Shown: positions 40,417 through 53,509 of the stretch, piece by piece
Layout: the number at the start of each line of letters is the position of its first letter
Numbering within the stretch: the first letter of the stretch is position 1
Source: Laetmonice hystrix
Lineage: Eukaryota
DNA length: 64,000 bases
NCBI GenBank assembly: GCA_965235115.1
Contig: OZ249446.1
Coordinates: 14,012,001-14,076,000, forward strand
Direction of reading: 5' to 3'
Position numbers and translations under genes: made by a program
The notes under the pieces: model-generated
What the model was told of the DNA's origin: nothing
What the model saw: the letters and a program-made list of their open reading frames with translations, nothing else
Databases searched by the model: none

Positions 40417-41143
40417 GAGTTCCCAACACCAGCCTTGAGTTCCCAACACCAGCCTTGAGTTCCCAACACCACCCTTGAGTTCCCAATACCAGCCTTGAGC
40501 TCCTAACACCAGCCTTGAGTTCCCAACACCAGCCTTGAGATCCCAACACCAGCCTTGAGTTCCAAACACCAGCCTTGAGTTCCCAACACCAGCCTTGAGT
40601 TCCCAACACCAGCCTTGAGTTCCCAACACCAGCCTTGAGTTCCAAACACCAGCCTTGAGTTCCCAACACCAGCCTTGAGTTCACAACACCAGCCTTGAGC
40701 TCCCAACACCAGCCTTGAGTTCCCAACACCAGCCTTGAATTCCCAAAACCAGCCTTGAGTTCCCAACACCAGCCTTGAGTTCCCAACACCAGCCCTGAGT
40801 TCCCAACACCAGCCTTGAATTCCCAACACCAGCCTTGAGTTCCCAACACCAGCCTTGAGTTCCCAACACCAACCTTGAGTTCCCAACACCAGCCTTGAAT
40901 TCCCAAAACCAGCCTTGAGTTCCCAACACCAGCCTTGAGTTCCCAACACCAGCCTTGAGTTCCCAACACCAGCCTTGAGTTCCCAACACCAGCCTTGAGT
41001 TCCCAACACCAGCCTTGAGTTCCCAACACCATCTTTGAGTTTGCAACACCAGCCTTGAGTTCCCAACACCTGCCTTGAGTTCCCAACACCAGCCTTGAGT
41101 TCCCAACACCAGCCTTGAGTTCCCAACACCTGCCTTGAATCCC
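40417..41143. repeat. Minisatellite, 20-bp unit (gagttcccaacaccagcctt), ~36 copies
   Basis: Directly visible. It explains four overlapping minus-strand ORFs. Confidence 0.97.
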
Positions 41144-41339
41144 CATTATGACGCTCTACCCCCAGTTCGAGTTTCATACAGTCTAGCCTGTGTTACCCCC
41201 AACCCCCATCCCCTCTACCACGGGCACCCCACCCAAACCCCAGACCGCTGTAACACACTGCCCCCATCAAACCTACCCCGGGGCCAACCGTGCAGAAAGA
41301 TCCGGTCCTCAACACTCCAACCCGGGAAGTCGAGGTCTT

Positions 41340-41600
41340 GTCCGGCACTCAAACGTTATGTCCACACTGCAATGTTTGGTACAACTCTACGAGCTTTAGT
41401 TCCAATACTCCAACATCAGGTTCACCACATCAACGTAAGGCAACACTCCTATATGCGTTAGGTAGTACACTCCAATGCTACGCCCACCACTTCAATGTTA
41501 CGTCATCCACTCCAATGTTGCATTCAACACTCCAACCCGAGTTCCTCCACTTCAACGTTAGTTCCAACACTCCAACGTTATCGCCACCACTCCAACGTTA
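41340..41600. repeat. Degenerate repeat with a cactccaa(c/t)gtt core
   Basis: About 8 imperfect recurrences. Confidence 0.6.
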
Positions 41601-42954
41601 GGTCCCCCACGGGTTGGGTTGACCGCCCAGGTTGGCGTTGTGAACCGCGCGAAAGTGTCCCCTGGCCACCGCCCGATCTCCTTGCATATACTGCCTTGTG
41701 TCCGACTTAGAACACAACACAGCTTTCCCTCAGTTACGCCATTGGCTTAGACTGTGCTGACACCTAGCCGCCGAGCAAGGAAACACCGCCGCCGTCACTT
41801 GGCAATCGTCATCGAGTCGTGAATCCCTCCGGAAACCAATCGAACCGATTCAAATAACGTTCATCTACTTCGGCTCTCAGGCATCTCTGCCCCGACTCGT
41901 AACTTAAGGACCCTGAGAAGTGGGAAAAGATTCACACTACCCGCAGTTCCAATCAAAGGTAAAACGTGGGTTAAATAATGAATTTACGATGAAGAGTAAC
42001 CGAATACCTCAGTGTACCTTCCAGGTGCCCTCACACGTCCGAAAGGGTTTAACCCGTTTGAGGTTAACGTTTGGCTTGCAGGCCGTCACCTGTCGTGTCT
42101 GTATCCAACTCTTTTCCAGCCGGTATAATAACGACTAGATGTGGCCAACTGTCCACGCCGAGAATCCCTGATTTCTGTGAAAACTTAATGTAAATCGATG
42201 ACGGCCACAGAGAGCAGACATGTTAGTCTGCTGTGGACTTTTACCTGTCGTGTTGGAGACACCTGTGACCAAACCTGGCGCCTCGTGTAAGGAACTGAAC
42301 CTGGTATGTATAGTGAACGACGTCATCACCTTACTGCTTACTACACTCGATGGCCTTAGGCTTAGAGCTAATTGACACAACGATCTAAACTCAGCCAACT
42401 TAAGCCAAGGACTTATTGACCTTATCGCCAAGAACTTCTCAAGTCATACCTCTGACTTTAAACCTTACAACCCCTAGAGCAATGAACATCTCAAATTATA
42501 GGACCTATTGGAATTAGATTAGAGTAATAGATGTCTTACGTCATAGTCTGCCACTTGATGTCCTTGCTGTCAAGGGAAGTGATGACCTTTACGAGCGACG
42601 GCTTTGTGACCTTAGTGTTAAAGGACGCGGTGACCTTAAGACTAAAGATCTGATGACTTCAGTGTCTCCGATACCATGGCCCTAACCTTAGAACCAACGT
42701 CATACCAAGACTCTAAGATCTCATTGTCTAGAATTTTTAGTTTATATAGAATATATCCGTCTGCACATGCTGGCCTCAAGCTGAAACTATCCAGGAACAA
42801 GTGCTCAAAGTGTCCGACTGACACAACACTTTCTCTATCTCCACGAGACTTCATTCTAGATTAGTCTGCAAATAATCAGTTTCCAGTTAATGTCGTTCTT
42901 ACTGATGATTGTCTAACTGGTATCTGCACCAGAACCGGCGCCTACAAAAAAACT

Positions 42955-44088
42955 GTGATGACCTGGGAACCAGCGGCAAGAACCCCGACGGCCTTGGAAC
43001 CAGCAGCAAGAACTGCATTGGCCATGGAACCAGCGGTAAGAACTGCATTGGCCTTGGAACCAGCAGCAATAACTGCATTGGCTTTGGAACCAGCAGCAAT
43101 AACTGCATTGGCCTTGGAACCAGCAGCAAGAATTGCATTGGCTATGGAACCATCAGCAATAACTGCATTGGCCTTGGAACCAGCAGCAATAACTGCATTG
43201 GCCATGGAACCAGCGGGAAGAGCTGTGATGGCCTTGGAACCATCAGCAAGAACTGCATTGGCCTTGGAACCAGCAGCAATAACTGCATTGGCCATGGAAC
43301 CAGCGGGAAGAGCTGTGATGGCCTTGGAACCAGCAGCAATAACTGCATTGGCCTTGGAACCAGCAGCAATAGCTGCATTGGCCTTGGAACCAGCAGCAAT
43401 AACTGCATTGGCCTTGGAACCAGCAGCAATACCTGCATTGGCCTTGGAACCAGCAGCAATAACTGCATTGGCCTTTGAACCAGCAGCAAGAATTGCATTG
43501 GCTATGGAACCATCAGCAATAACTGCATTGGCCTTGGAACCAGCAGCAATAACTGCATTGGCCATGGAACCAGCAGCAATAACTGCATTGGCCTTGGAAC
43601 CAGCAGCAAGAACTGTGATGGCCTTGAAATCAGCGGCAATTACTCTGTTGGCCTTGGAACCCGCGGCAAGAACTGCATTGGTCTTGGAACCAGCAGCAAT
43701 AACTGCATTGGTCTTGGAACCAGCAGCAAGAACTGCATTGGTCTTGGAACCAGCAGCAATAACTGCATTGGCCATGGAACCAGCGGCAAGAACTGTATTG
43801 GCCAGTGGTAAGAACTGTGTTGGCTTTGGAACCAGTGGTAAGAACTGTGTTGGCTTTGGAACCAATGACAGGAACCCCGACGGCCTTGGCACCAGCGGCA
43901 AGAACTGCATTGGCCTTGGAACCAGCGGTAAGAACTGCATTGGCCTTGAAACCAGCGGCAAGAACCCCGATAGCCTTGGAACCAGCGGCAAGAACTGCAT
44001 TGGCATTGGAACCAGCGGTAAGAACTGCATTGGCCTTGGAACCTGCGGCAAGAACCCCGATAGCCTTGGAACCAGCCGCCAGAACTGA
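42955..44088. repeat. 30-bp tandem array (ggccttggaaccagcagcaataactgcatt), ~37 units, with long ORFs on both strands
   Basis: The unit is stop-free in most frames (ALEPAAITAL, GLGTSSNNCI, antisense NAVIAAGSKA). There is an 8-bp deletion near 43803. Confidence 0.95.
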
Positions 44089-45229
44089 TTTTCATTTCAC
44101 AATGACCCTACCCTGATGATAAGATCCCCATTAAAATACACTGCCACCAACACCAGAACACTATAACGACGCACAATAACGCACCCCCTTGATCGCTTGT
44201 TGGGTCAGCTACTATTTAAACCTACCCGCATCGCCTCTTTCGGACTCCGGCCACCCTCCCCGAGTCTCCCCAGACAGTCTAACTCAATTTGATTACCGAA
44301 TCAGGGGAACTCGACAGTCACACAGTGATCAGTCTGCACGTGCCGACTTACATTTGCAGGCGGTTTCTGAACAAACCAATGGCAATGGTCAGCCGGCCCC
44401 TGCTGCCCTTTTCGCGGCCCTCTTTCACTGCCCTGCCGAGTTTTTGCCCTATTGCCTTCGTGCCGACACGGCTTTACGTCTGGTGTCCCGCAGCCGTTTT
44501 CTTCACCTGCTCGCCGACAGCGGCCCGACTAGATTACCGATCTTATCTTTGGGAGCAGCTGGCGAGGCGCACTGACCAGTCAGAACTGGCGACATATTCC
44601 TGCACAGTTGGTGATCACGTGACGACTATACAACGGGCGCTCTGAGTGGTTGTTCTCCCACCTCCCTGTCAGCACATAGGACGTAATCTGATCAGCCGAT
44701 AAATTCAACCAGCAAAATGGTCCTCCAAATTTCTGTACAAGCGTTTTTAATTGCCATGTTTCTTTAGAAGACCTGTGGACTGTAATATACATCAAGACCT
44801 ATACTTCTAATAAAAACTAATAAAAAATAATAACAGGAATTGATTTTTAAACACAAGACAAAAACGTCTTGCTGTGCTTCATGACGTTCACGTTGTCATG
44901 GTTATTTACCTCTTCACAAGGACAATTAACTGTCAGCCACACCTGCTCTCACTGTATACGGAGAAAATAATTTGTTGACATAATTCATAGTAAGGAAAAT
45001 TTTTGTTTGCCTTTCAAGGTCTTTCCGAATGCCAACATTTCAATGGCGAACATGTCAGTCATAGAGTTAACACAATCTAAACCAATCGTAGCCAGCGTAT
45101 TCATGAACACGTGGACTAATAATATAAACAGTATCCAAATACAATGACATCCTTTATCTCCTATATTTCACCACCATAATAAGGAAATTTGACATATCTC
45201 CTGAAAAACCTAAAACCATGTCCGATATG

Positions 45230-45968
45230 GTATGCTGGTCAGGCCTGCCAGTCTGGGGGACCAGGCCCGACGGTCTGCTGGTCAAGCCTGCCAGTCTGGG
45301 GGACCAGGCCCGACGTTCTGCTGGTCAAGCCTGCCAGTCTCAGGGGTGAGGCCCGACGTTCTGCTGGTCAAGCCTGCCAGTCTAGGGGACCAATCCCGAC
45401 GGTCTGCTGGTCAAACCTGCCAGTCTGGGGGACCAGGCCCGACGGTCTGCTGGTCAAGCCTGCCAGTCTCAGGGGTGAGGCCCGACGTTCTGCTGGTCAA
45501 GCCTGCCAGTCACGGGGTGAGGCCCGACGTTCTGTTGGTCAAGCCTGCCAGTCTCAGGGGTGAGGCCCGACGTTCTGCTGGTCAAGCCTGCCAGTCTCAG
45601 GGATGAGGCCCGACGTTCTGCTGGTCAAGCCTGCCAGTCTAGGGGACCAATCCCGACGGTCTGCTGGTCAAACCTGCCAGTCTGGGGGACCAGGCCCGAC
45701 GGTCTGCTGGTCAAACCTGCCAGTCTGGGGGACCAGGCCCGGCGGTCTGCTGGTCAAACCTGCCAGTCTGGGGGACCAGACCCGGCGGTCTGCTGGTCAA
45801 ACCTGCCAGTCTGGGGGACCAGGCCCGGCGGTCTGCTGGTCAAACCTGCCAGTCTGGGGGACCAGGCCCGGCGGTCTGCTGGTCAAACCTGCCAGTCTGG
45901 GGGACCAGGCCCGACGGTCTGCTGGTCAAACCTGCCAGTCTGGGGAACCAGGCCCGGCGGTCTGCTGG
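45230..45968. repeat. Minisatellite, 43-bp unit, ~17 copies, with three sub-variants
   Basis: ggcccgacggtctgctggtcaaacctgccagtctgggggacca and its tcaggggtga / taggggaccaatcc variants. Confidence 0.95.
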
Positions 45969-46882
45969 TTAGTTAGTTAGGGACCAGCCGCATCATACCC
46001 ACCCACTTCCTCCACTCAAACAGAGAAAAAGTTCTACCTGCCACCCGCAAAAGATTCTTCATCTACTTCCTCAGTAAATATATCTCATTTGTCATCCCAG
46101 AGAGCAAAATTCAATTACGATAAGAAAATTTAATTAAGGATGTTCTGAGCTGCCTTTATTCCAGCTGGTCACATCTGACATGAGCCATTGGTTCTGGGAA
46201 TGCCTTCACAGACAGCCAACCCCATTACTCCTGTCTGCAAGTCTGATTATCCTCCGCCCCCGGCCTCCTCCTCCGCCTCCACCACCATCATATCAAGCTG
46301 GTCCCATCTAGACATGTATCCTAACCTTCTCTAATATTTCTGCCAGTTTCTATTTCTGGAGTTTATTTAGCTATTCGTGGTGAATACACCTCTGTAATGG
46401 CACGGACTTTGATCTGAAGAATGTGAGAGGATGACAGCTAATCTCTGGTCCCATGTCTTTCACGGACTTGGAACATGTGACAGATGATTAGTTCCTACCT
46501 GCATGGGTTACACTTACAAATAAAGATGACGTAATTTGTCAACGACTTGACTGCGCATCCCACACACCTGTTCTGGATATATTTCTCCAACGTTGCCGAC
46601 ACGGAGAAGGTTTTGGATAGAGAGGATATGCTAACTTGATTAAGGACTCAACCCCCAGTCGCACCCTGTCTATGGTTTGTTATTTCAGATCCGTCTTAGG
46701 AAGATCGTATACCACGTACAGATGATGAGGCTATGGTTCTAGAGCTCTTCGAATATCCTTCCCAATGACCTCAAACATTGTGACCTTGGCGGCCGCTGCC
46801 AAATACCAGTTGCTGGCCTCATCGGGCAATCAAAACATGCTTATAGATGGCTTTCTTTGTGCCCTGGTCCCCACCTGATCGC

Positions 46883-47146
46883 TGGCCCGTCAGGGGGCGC
46901 CCCGCCGCCGACGCTCCGCAGCGATGACAATACGGGCGTCTGATTGGCTGAGACAACCGTACTGGGGCGGCATAAAAGGTGGACTTGGCAGCGGGAAGCG
47001 GCGTCAATATTTGGCCTTGGATCAAGGATACCGGCGAGTTGCAAACAGTCGGCCATCGATATGATGTCGGATACTGGCGGCTGGTGACAGAGGCTGCTAG
47101 ACAGTGTGGCGAGACGACGTCACCGACACCGACAGACCATCATGGT
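46883..47146 (+). promoter_or_regulatory. Plus-strand core-promoter-like cluster (antisense to the host gene)
   Basis: In order: CTCF-like tggcccgtcagggggcgccc (46883), ctgATTGGctg (~46943), GGGGCGG (46964), cataaaag (46971), Inr-like TCAAT (47004), then accatcATG|GTAATA (47142-47150). The region is CpG-rich. Confidence 0.45.
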
Positions 47147-48068
47147 AATATGTCCGTGTCGGGGTCGGTCTGCGGACAGCGTAAACAAAAACACCGTCAC
47201 CGACCACAGCGACAGGAAACCTGGGCGGGAGATGTGGTAGCTATAGTGGGGCCAGCTCTGTCCGATATTACTATCTGTGTATCAGAGAAATAACCGTAAA
47301 CATTAGAATAGTGGGGGCTTTATTCTCATCTTACACCACAGCTGATGAGTCTCTCTGCCTTCATTTCTATCATAATCACTGAGCCCAGATGAGAAACTGG
47401 TCCCTTCGGTCGGAGATGGAAAAAAAGACAAGCAGAATAAGACAACGAAAAAGGAGAAAGACTTACAAACACAAAAAAGAGCAGTTAAATAACCGCTTTA
47501 AATAATTAATCATATTCACAGAAAAACGTACAAAGTTATAATATAAAAGAACGATCACACATTGAAGCAAAATCAAAATGAGCTGATCTAAAGCTTCTCT
47601 CCTCTTGTACCTCTCCTGGCTCTAGTTAGAGATGTCTCAAAACAAATAAGAGGATTTCAATTTCTACATGTGGATCAAGTTCCCAGCACTTACTTTGAAT
47701 CTCTCTGATCATCTGCTCACAATACCATTGTCTTCTCAATGTAACGTAATCACTAACTCGTACTTAATGAAGTGCCATGGCGAAGTCTGCCGTGGAGTAC
47801 ACAGTCGATGATCATAGGCATGTTCTTCTCATGTGTCAAATTGGCAGACTGTGGAGCCAAGCTCTGAACGAGCAATATGATATACGGACATCGCCGCCAG
47901 TGTTGGGTGTACGGAACGTCTCTCCAACTCTCAACAACAACCAACCCACGCCCATCTTCTCTCACTCCAAATTCTTCTCATCACAAAGCTCGGTTTACGG
48001 TTACCACAAACGTCTTCTGTTTTGTTTATCACGGGTGTAAGATCTCGCAGCGATATGGCAGGCACGGG

Positions 48069-48557
48069 GTGGTATTAAAATATAACACTACGCAGAATAC
48101 AGCCAATGGCATGGTATTAAAAACGTGACACTACACAGAATGCAGCCAATGGCATGGTATTAAAAACGCGACACTACACAGAATGCAGCCAATGGCATGG
48201 TATTAAAAACGTGACACTACACAGAATGCAGCCAATGGCATGGTATTAAAAACGTGACACTACACAGAATGCAGCCAATGGCATGGTATTAAAAACGTGA
48301 CACTACACAGAATGCAGCCAATGGCATGTTATTAAAAACGTAACACTGCACAGAATGCAGCCAATGGCAGTCAAGGGCATGGTATTAAAAACGTAACACT
48401 GCACAGAATGCAGCCAATGGCATGTTATTAAAAACGTAACCCTGCACAGAATACAGACAATGGCAGTCAAGGGCATGGTATTAAAAACGTAACACTGGAC
48501 AGAATGCAGCCAATGGCAATCAAGGGCATGGTATTAAAAACGTAACACTACACAGAA
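48069..48557. repeat. Minisatellite, 43-bp unit with 52-bp variants, ~11 copies
   Basis: atggcatggtattaaaaacgtgacactacacagaatgcagcca repeated. Confidence 0.95.
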
Positions 48558-48856
48558 TATGCACAAGAATTGGTCAATGAGAACAGCGGTGATTGGAAAA
48601 CAAGAAACGTCAACAATTTCAGACCTGATCGGTACCTTTGCGACCGAACAATATAAACATTTGAACCAACTTCAAAATACATAGGAGGGCGCCAGAACAA
48701 AAAAACAGCGACGGTAAAAAAAGAAAGAGGAAAACGATAAGCCTTCTAAGGAACCATGGCTGTCTTCGGAGCGGTTTTCTCAGCGATCTGATCGTGGCAA
48801 TGTAAAAACATCTCAAGCCGGGCAGGATTGCTGATACTGACAGGTGTCAGTACCCG

Positions 48857-49475
48857 CTGTAACATCAGCCTGAGCAACACCATACGGATCCTAACACAAG
48901 TACATCAGGATCCGGCCAGCACCAACAGTCGGATTCTTCCATCGGCCCGTACACCTCTGATATTACTGGATAATTCACCACTGTAACATCAGCCTGAGCA
49001 GGACCATACGGATCCTAACACAAGTACATCAGGATCCGGCCAGCACCAACAGTCGGATTCTTCCATCGGCCCGTACACCTCTGATATTACTGGATAATTC
49101 ACCACTGTAACATCACCCTGAGCAACACCATACGGATCCTAACACAAGTACATCAGGATCCGGCCAGCACCAACAGTCGGATTCTTCAATCGGCCTGTAC
49201 ACCTCTGATATTACTGGATAATTCACCACTGTAACATCAGCCTGAGCAACACCATACGGATCCTAACACAAGTACATCAGGCCAGCCCAGCACCAACAGT
49301 CAGATTCTTCCATCGGCTCGTACACCTCTGATATTACTGGATAATTCACCACTGTAACATCACCCTGAGCAACACCATACGGATCCTAACACAAGTACAT
49401 CAGGCCAGCCCAGCACCAACAGTCGGATTCTTCCATCGGCCCGTACACCTCTGATATTACTGGATAATTCACCAC
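48857..49475. repeat. Tandem repeat, 124-bp unit, 5 copies
   Basis: ctgtaacatcagcctgagc...gataattcacca starts at 48857, 48981, 49105 and onward. Confidence 0.97.
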
Positions 49476-51766
49476 CTACAACCCCCACCCCACTCCCCAA
49501 ATCCTCCCTTACCGCCATAACAAGGCTCCAGGCCGAACTCCGTTAAAAAAAAACAACATTTAATCACTAGACTCAAAGTACATCACGCCTAGCAAAGGGA
49601 CGGCACTAATTGAATACGCCCCCGTCTGAGACTGAACAAGTTGATAAAAAGACGTACAATAATAACATCAGCGAAACCTCTGCGCCATACTGTTCGGGGA
49701 GATTATCATTGCCTGCTGAGGGATGATCATAAAGAAGATTACCCCCACCCGTGCAACACCCGCACCTCTCAAAACTCCCAAAATCAACATTTGCTAACAC
49801 TGGGGCTGATCATCTGTCTCTCCGACCAAATCCCGGGACTTAAGTCTGAGCCGACAATCTGTGCCCAACCCGGACAGTCTGGCTGCCCCCCCCCCCCCCC
49901 CAACTCCACGGCTGAATTAGCCGGGCCTCCCAGTACCATCCATTAATGGCACTGTACCACTGAACTAGCTTAGTCAACTCTTGTTACTCTACATAACAGA
50001 CGGCCCCGCCGAGCAGGTGGTTGTACATGTATATAATGTCTGACTCACCGGCGTGCGATGACTGGTCGTCACAATCAAGTCTACACCAAGTACTATAGGC
50101 CTCAGCAGGCACTGCAGAATTACGTCCACACTAGGACTAATTAGCATCAACACTGAACAGCGACGGCAGTCTCAAACCTACAGCAGAAACTACTAGCCTC
50201 AACAACATGGACAACAGAATCAGATCTACACCAAGTCTACATAAGGAGTCAAGGGCCTGAACATTCAAGTCCAAAAGTTCAAGTTTCGAGAAATGGACAT
50301 AAACAAGTTGTCTCTACAGTGCAGTTGGATGGGCATGCTTCCTTCTGTCATGTGACTGATAGCTTTATAGAAGGATGTTTAGCAGAAATACACCCATTGA
50401 TAGATAGGACTTACCTCCCTGAATCCAAATTTACACTTAAGTCGATTTTGATGAAAGTTGAACTTGCTTCCTTTTGTCATTTCACGGCAGAGTAGAGGTA
50501 AAATAACAATGTACAGTCGTTAGGAATGACGGGTTCGAACCCAGATTAGGCCCTTGTCAGGAATGACGGACCCGAACAATGATACGGAATTAAGTATAAC
50601 CCAGGAATGACGGGCGTCAACTATGACGGACGTCAACTATGACGGGTGTCAACTATGACTATGACGGCGGACCAGACTATCCGCTGTCATAACGCCAACA
50701 CTAGAACCCGCAATGATTCTACCCACCACTAATCCACACGGTGCCAGCGCTGCGATATACGCGGATCAGTCTCCTTAATTAGTCTTCTGGGGAGGTTCTA
50801 TTTATACACGGAACAAAGATTTACCCTCAGATTTGTCGGATTCTGTTTTCTTTAGGGGTGCGATAACTGAACACGGACGCACTCTGTTTTACTAACGGCA
50901 AAATGCAAATCCTCCGAAACAATAAATCCGATAATAATTGTAGATTTTTCAAAATTCAAGGTTACAAAAAAGGAGTCGTTTGTGCTCTTGAGTTCTCTAT
51001 TTCCGACTTAAGCAGCATGCACTTTTATTGATTGGAGTCTTCAACCATTATGCCAAAGAGGCTGAATTGACTGTGCTTCTGTTAATTCCTATACTCTGCC
51101 AAGTAACATGGCAAATTCACATTGTCGACGCTCCAGTACCGTTTGTCCGGACCATCTTTTAAGCTCCCTGCTGTCTGCCACTAACTGGTCACTAACTATG
51201 GCCAGTGACAACTCCCTACGGGCCAGCCAACCAGCAATCAGCCTGGTAGTCGGTGCAGAACCAGTCATCAGGCCCCACGAGGGGACCAATCACCAAATAG
51301 ACCTGTCTTTACTGCACGATCTGAGCGCTGGCAACATTTCCCTTTGTCCAATCTGCTCATCTGAATTATGTGTACTGGAAGGAGCTAGGATCGGTTATTT
51401 CCTTTCACGCTAAGTACGGCGCCGCTCAGACGTGGCTTCCTGTCTCCGGTTCTATACACCTGTACTTTACTGGTCTTCAGATTTCCTGATACACCAAGGA
51501 AAGAACCACCGGGAAGACGCCAGCGAAACGTATCAGAAACTTCCTCGTCCAAGTCGCGCTAGAATGGAAGAGGGTCGGGTAGCTTTATAAGTCATCCTAA
51601 ATTCAATATGCAGCTGAAATATTCCGCCAGCAGTGGGATTTACGGTTCTTAGCTCGGCCGCAATACGAAGCTTCACTTATCGGACTTAAGACGTGTCCTT
51701 AAGAACCGGACCCAATCGCCACAGTTGGATTGGACGGTCAGTAAGATAGGGAAAGATTCTTGATTC

Positions 51767-52318
51767 TTGAATGGTGATAAAAGTCCGAAACTGCTGCCAT
51801 ATGTAGGGAGCAGCCAGTATCTCTGGCATACAAGAGCCATAGGAAAAGTCTCGACATCTATAAAAGAAGTTTGTTCAGAACAATCTCAGCTCCCCATCCA
51901 GCTATCTGAGTATGGCTTCCTTATACACAATATCGGTGGTCCGACCCATGGATCGTCCCCACATGGCCATGGCTCGGATATGGCCATTTGGACCAAATCT
52001 ATCCCGGTAAACATTGCCCATACCACCGCCTTCACCCCACAAGGTAAACACACCATCCCCACCCCACTCAACCAACATTACACGGCAGTTGGATTTCTAA
52101 GTCAATACACTTGGGTGTATCATTGCTACAGAAGAAAAGATTTCAACTCCTCTCCCCAAAACGGTATTCACATACAGACCCGGCCCCAATGTGCCCTGAA
52201 TAACCCAACCTCTCCTCTGAGCACCACAATCAATCTATGTACCGATGTATCGGCCCGACCCACCGACGTCTGGCCGCGCTGGACCCACACTGAGCTACGG
52301 TTCACATTTATACCGTAA
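51767..52318 (+). mobile_element. Decayed LINE ORF2 fragment (APE endonuclease C-terminus plus linker)
   Basis: The 183-aa ORF carries, in LINE order, LNGD (~I.GDFN), LIHNIGGPTH (~L.N.G.PT), YHCYRRKDF (~Y.KADF) and WPRWTHTEL (~PWW..EL). The motifs are degenerate. Confidence 0.45.
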
Positions 52319-53509
52319 TTAGAGAACTGTTAGCCGTCATCTTACACCTGGACACCTCAGGTGTGTTAATCTGGGAGGAAAACACCAATTCAAACCATGT
52401 AACCTCCCACTCAGCAGAGGATCCTGAGGCTAACCCAACTCTCCCTATACTACTGACACGTCCCCACACGGGTCAGGACGTGTCAAGGTCTGTCCAGGCA
52501 CTAACCCTTCAACAAACCACATTAACTAATAAATGTGGAAATAAAACGACGTTTTCTCCCTTCTCCGTTTATCATTTCATCATATAATAATAATTTCAAG
52601 TCTTAACGATACCTTGAGGGGAGACAGCGACATCTCACTGGATGGTCGAGACATTCCAATTCAATCCAACCATAAAATAAACATAACCTTGGTTGTCAGG
52701 ACTCAGCCCTGGGGAGTGCAGGGAATAGGGTGAGTGGGCCCCCGTCAAAGTATGAAATGTTGCGGGGTCAGTGAGAACAGTCCTCTCAACGACTGGGACC
52801 AACCTGTGAACGGGTGACTTGAACACCTTCTGACAGCCTCAAATTGAGTTATGTCAACGAGTGTTACAACAGCCAAGCCTCAACGAACAGGTTCTTTAGG
52901 CTTTGATCCTTGCAGTGACGCGAGGCCTAGGATAGCTTCCGACTGCCTCCAGTTGGGGGCTACAGTATGGTCACAGCCTATCGCAGTCCTAAGGGTCTCT
53001 CTAAACATAGTGGTTCAGTTTCTCTAGAGGATAATAGGTCGAGATACGAACAGAGACATAGTTCACTGGAGTTACAAACTGAATGCAGCAAGTTACTGCG
53101 AGAAATTCATGATAATGAAGTGATTATTTTCTCCAGTAGAGAAACTGACTGGTGTTAACACTGGTGGCCTGACACTGAGGAGAAAGTACCAGTACCATTT
53201 CTCTCAGCTCCCCTGGTATATTGATGAGTGTGGTCGGCGGTGACTTGTGAAGGCCCTGTACACGGGGACAATGTGAGCCACCATACCATTGCCATCATAC
53301 CAAGCCATTTTTCATGAGTTAAATTCCGACCATGACCTGCGAATAATCGTCGGTCAGTGTCCTCCACACACAGCAGGCCTCCGTTTCTACCCATCCCTTG
53401 TTCAACTCGTCCCCACTACCTCACAACCCATGGCCATATCTTTATTGTGTCCAACGACAAGCAGCGATGGATTGCACCCGTCCTTGCTCTGCTAATCCGC
53501 GCGTCTGAC

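Noticed and set aside
3368-45980. Repetitive ORFs in the arrays at 3.4, 10.3, 13.2, 37.1, 40.4 and 45.2 kb
   Set aside because: They are translations of stop-poor tandem units, open in several frames at once, without exon boundaries or domain signatures.
47341-47400. Hammerhead ribozyme (CTGATGAG...GAAA)
   Set aside because: Stem II lacks the closing G-C pair before GAAA, and no stems I/III with a cleavage triplet could be built.
47777-48040. 87-aa ORF with a Kozak-like ATG
   Set aside because: No domain similarity that I can recognise, and no link by splice sites to other exons.
50415-50418. 4-nt microexon or third recursive site (ttcAG|ggag|GTAAGT, minus strand)
   Set aside because: There is no pyrimidine tract, and AG and GT are not juxtaposed as in the two RS sites.
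50484-50540. tRNA gene or tRNA-derived SINE head (GGTTCGAACC B-box)
   Set aside because: No cloverleaf can be formed and the A-box is poor. The B-box lies within a local atgacgg repeat cluster.
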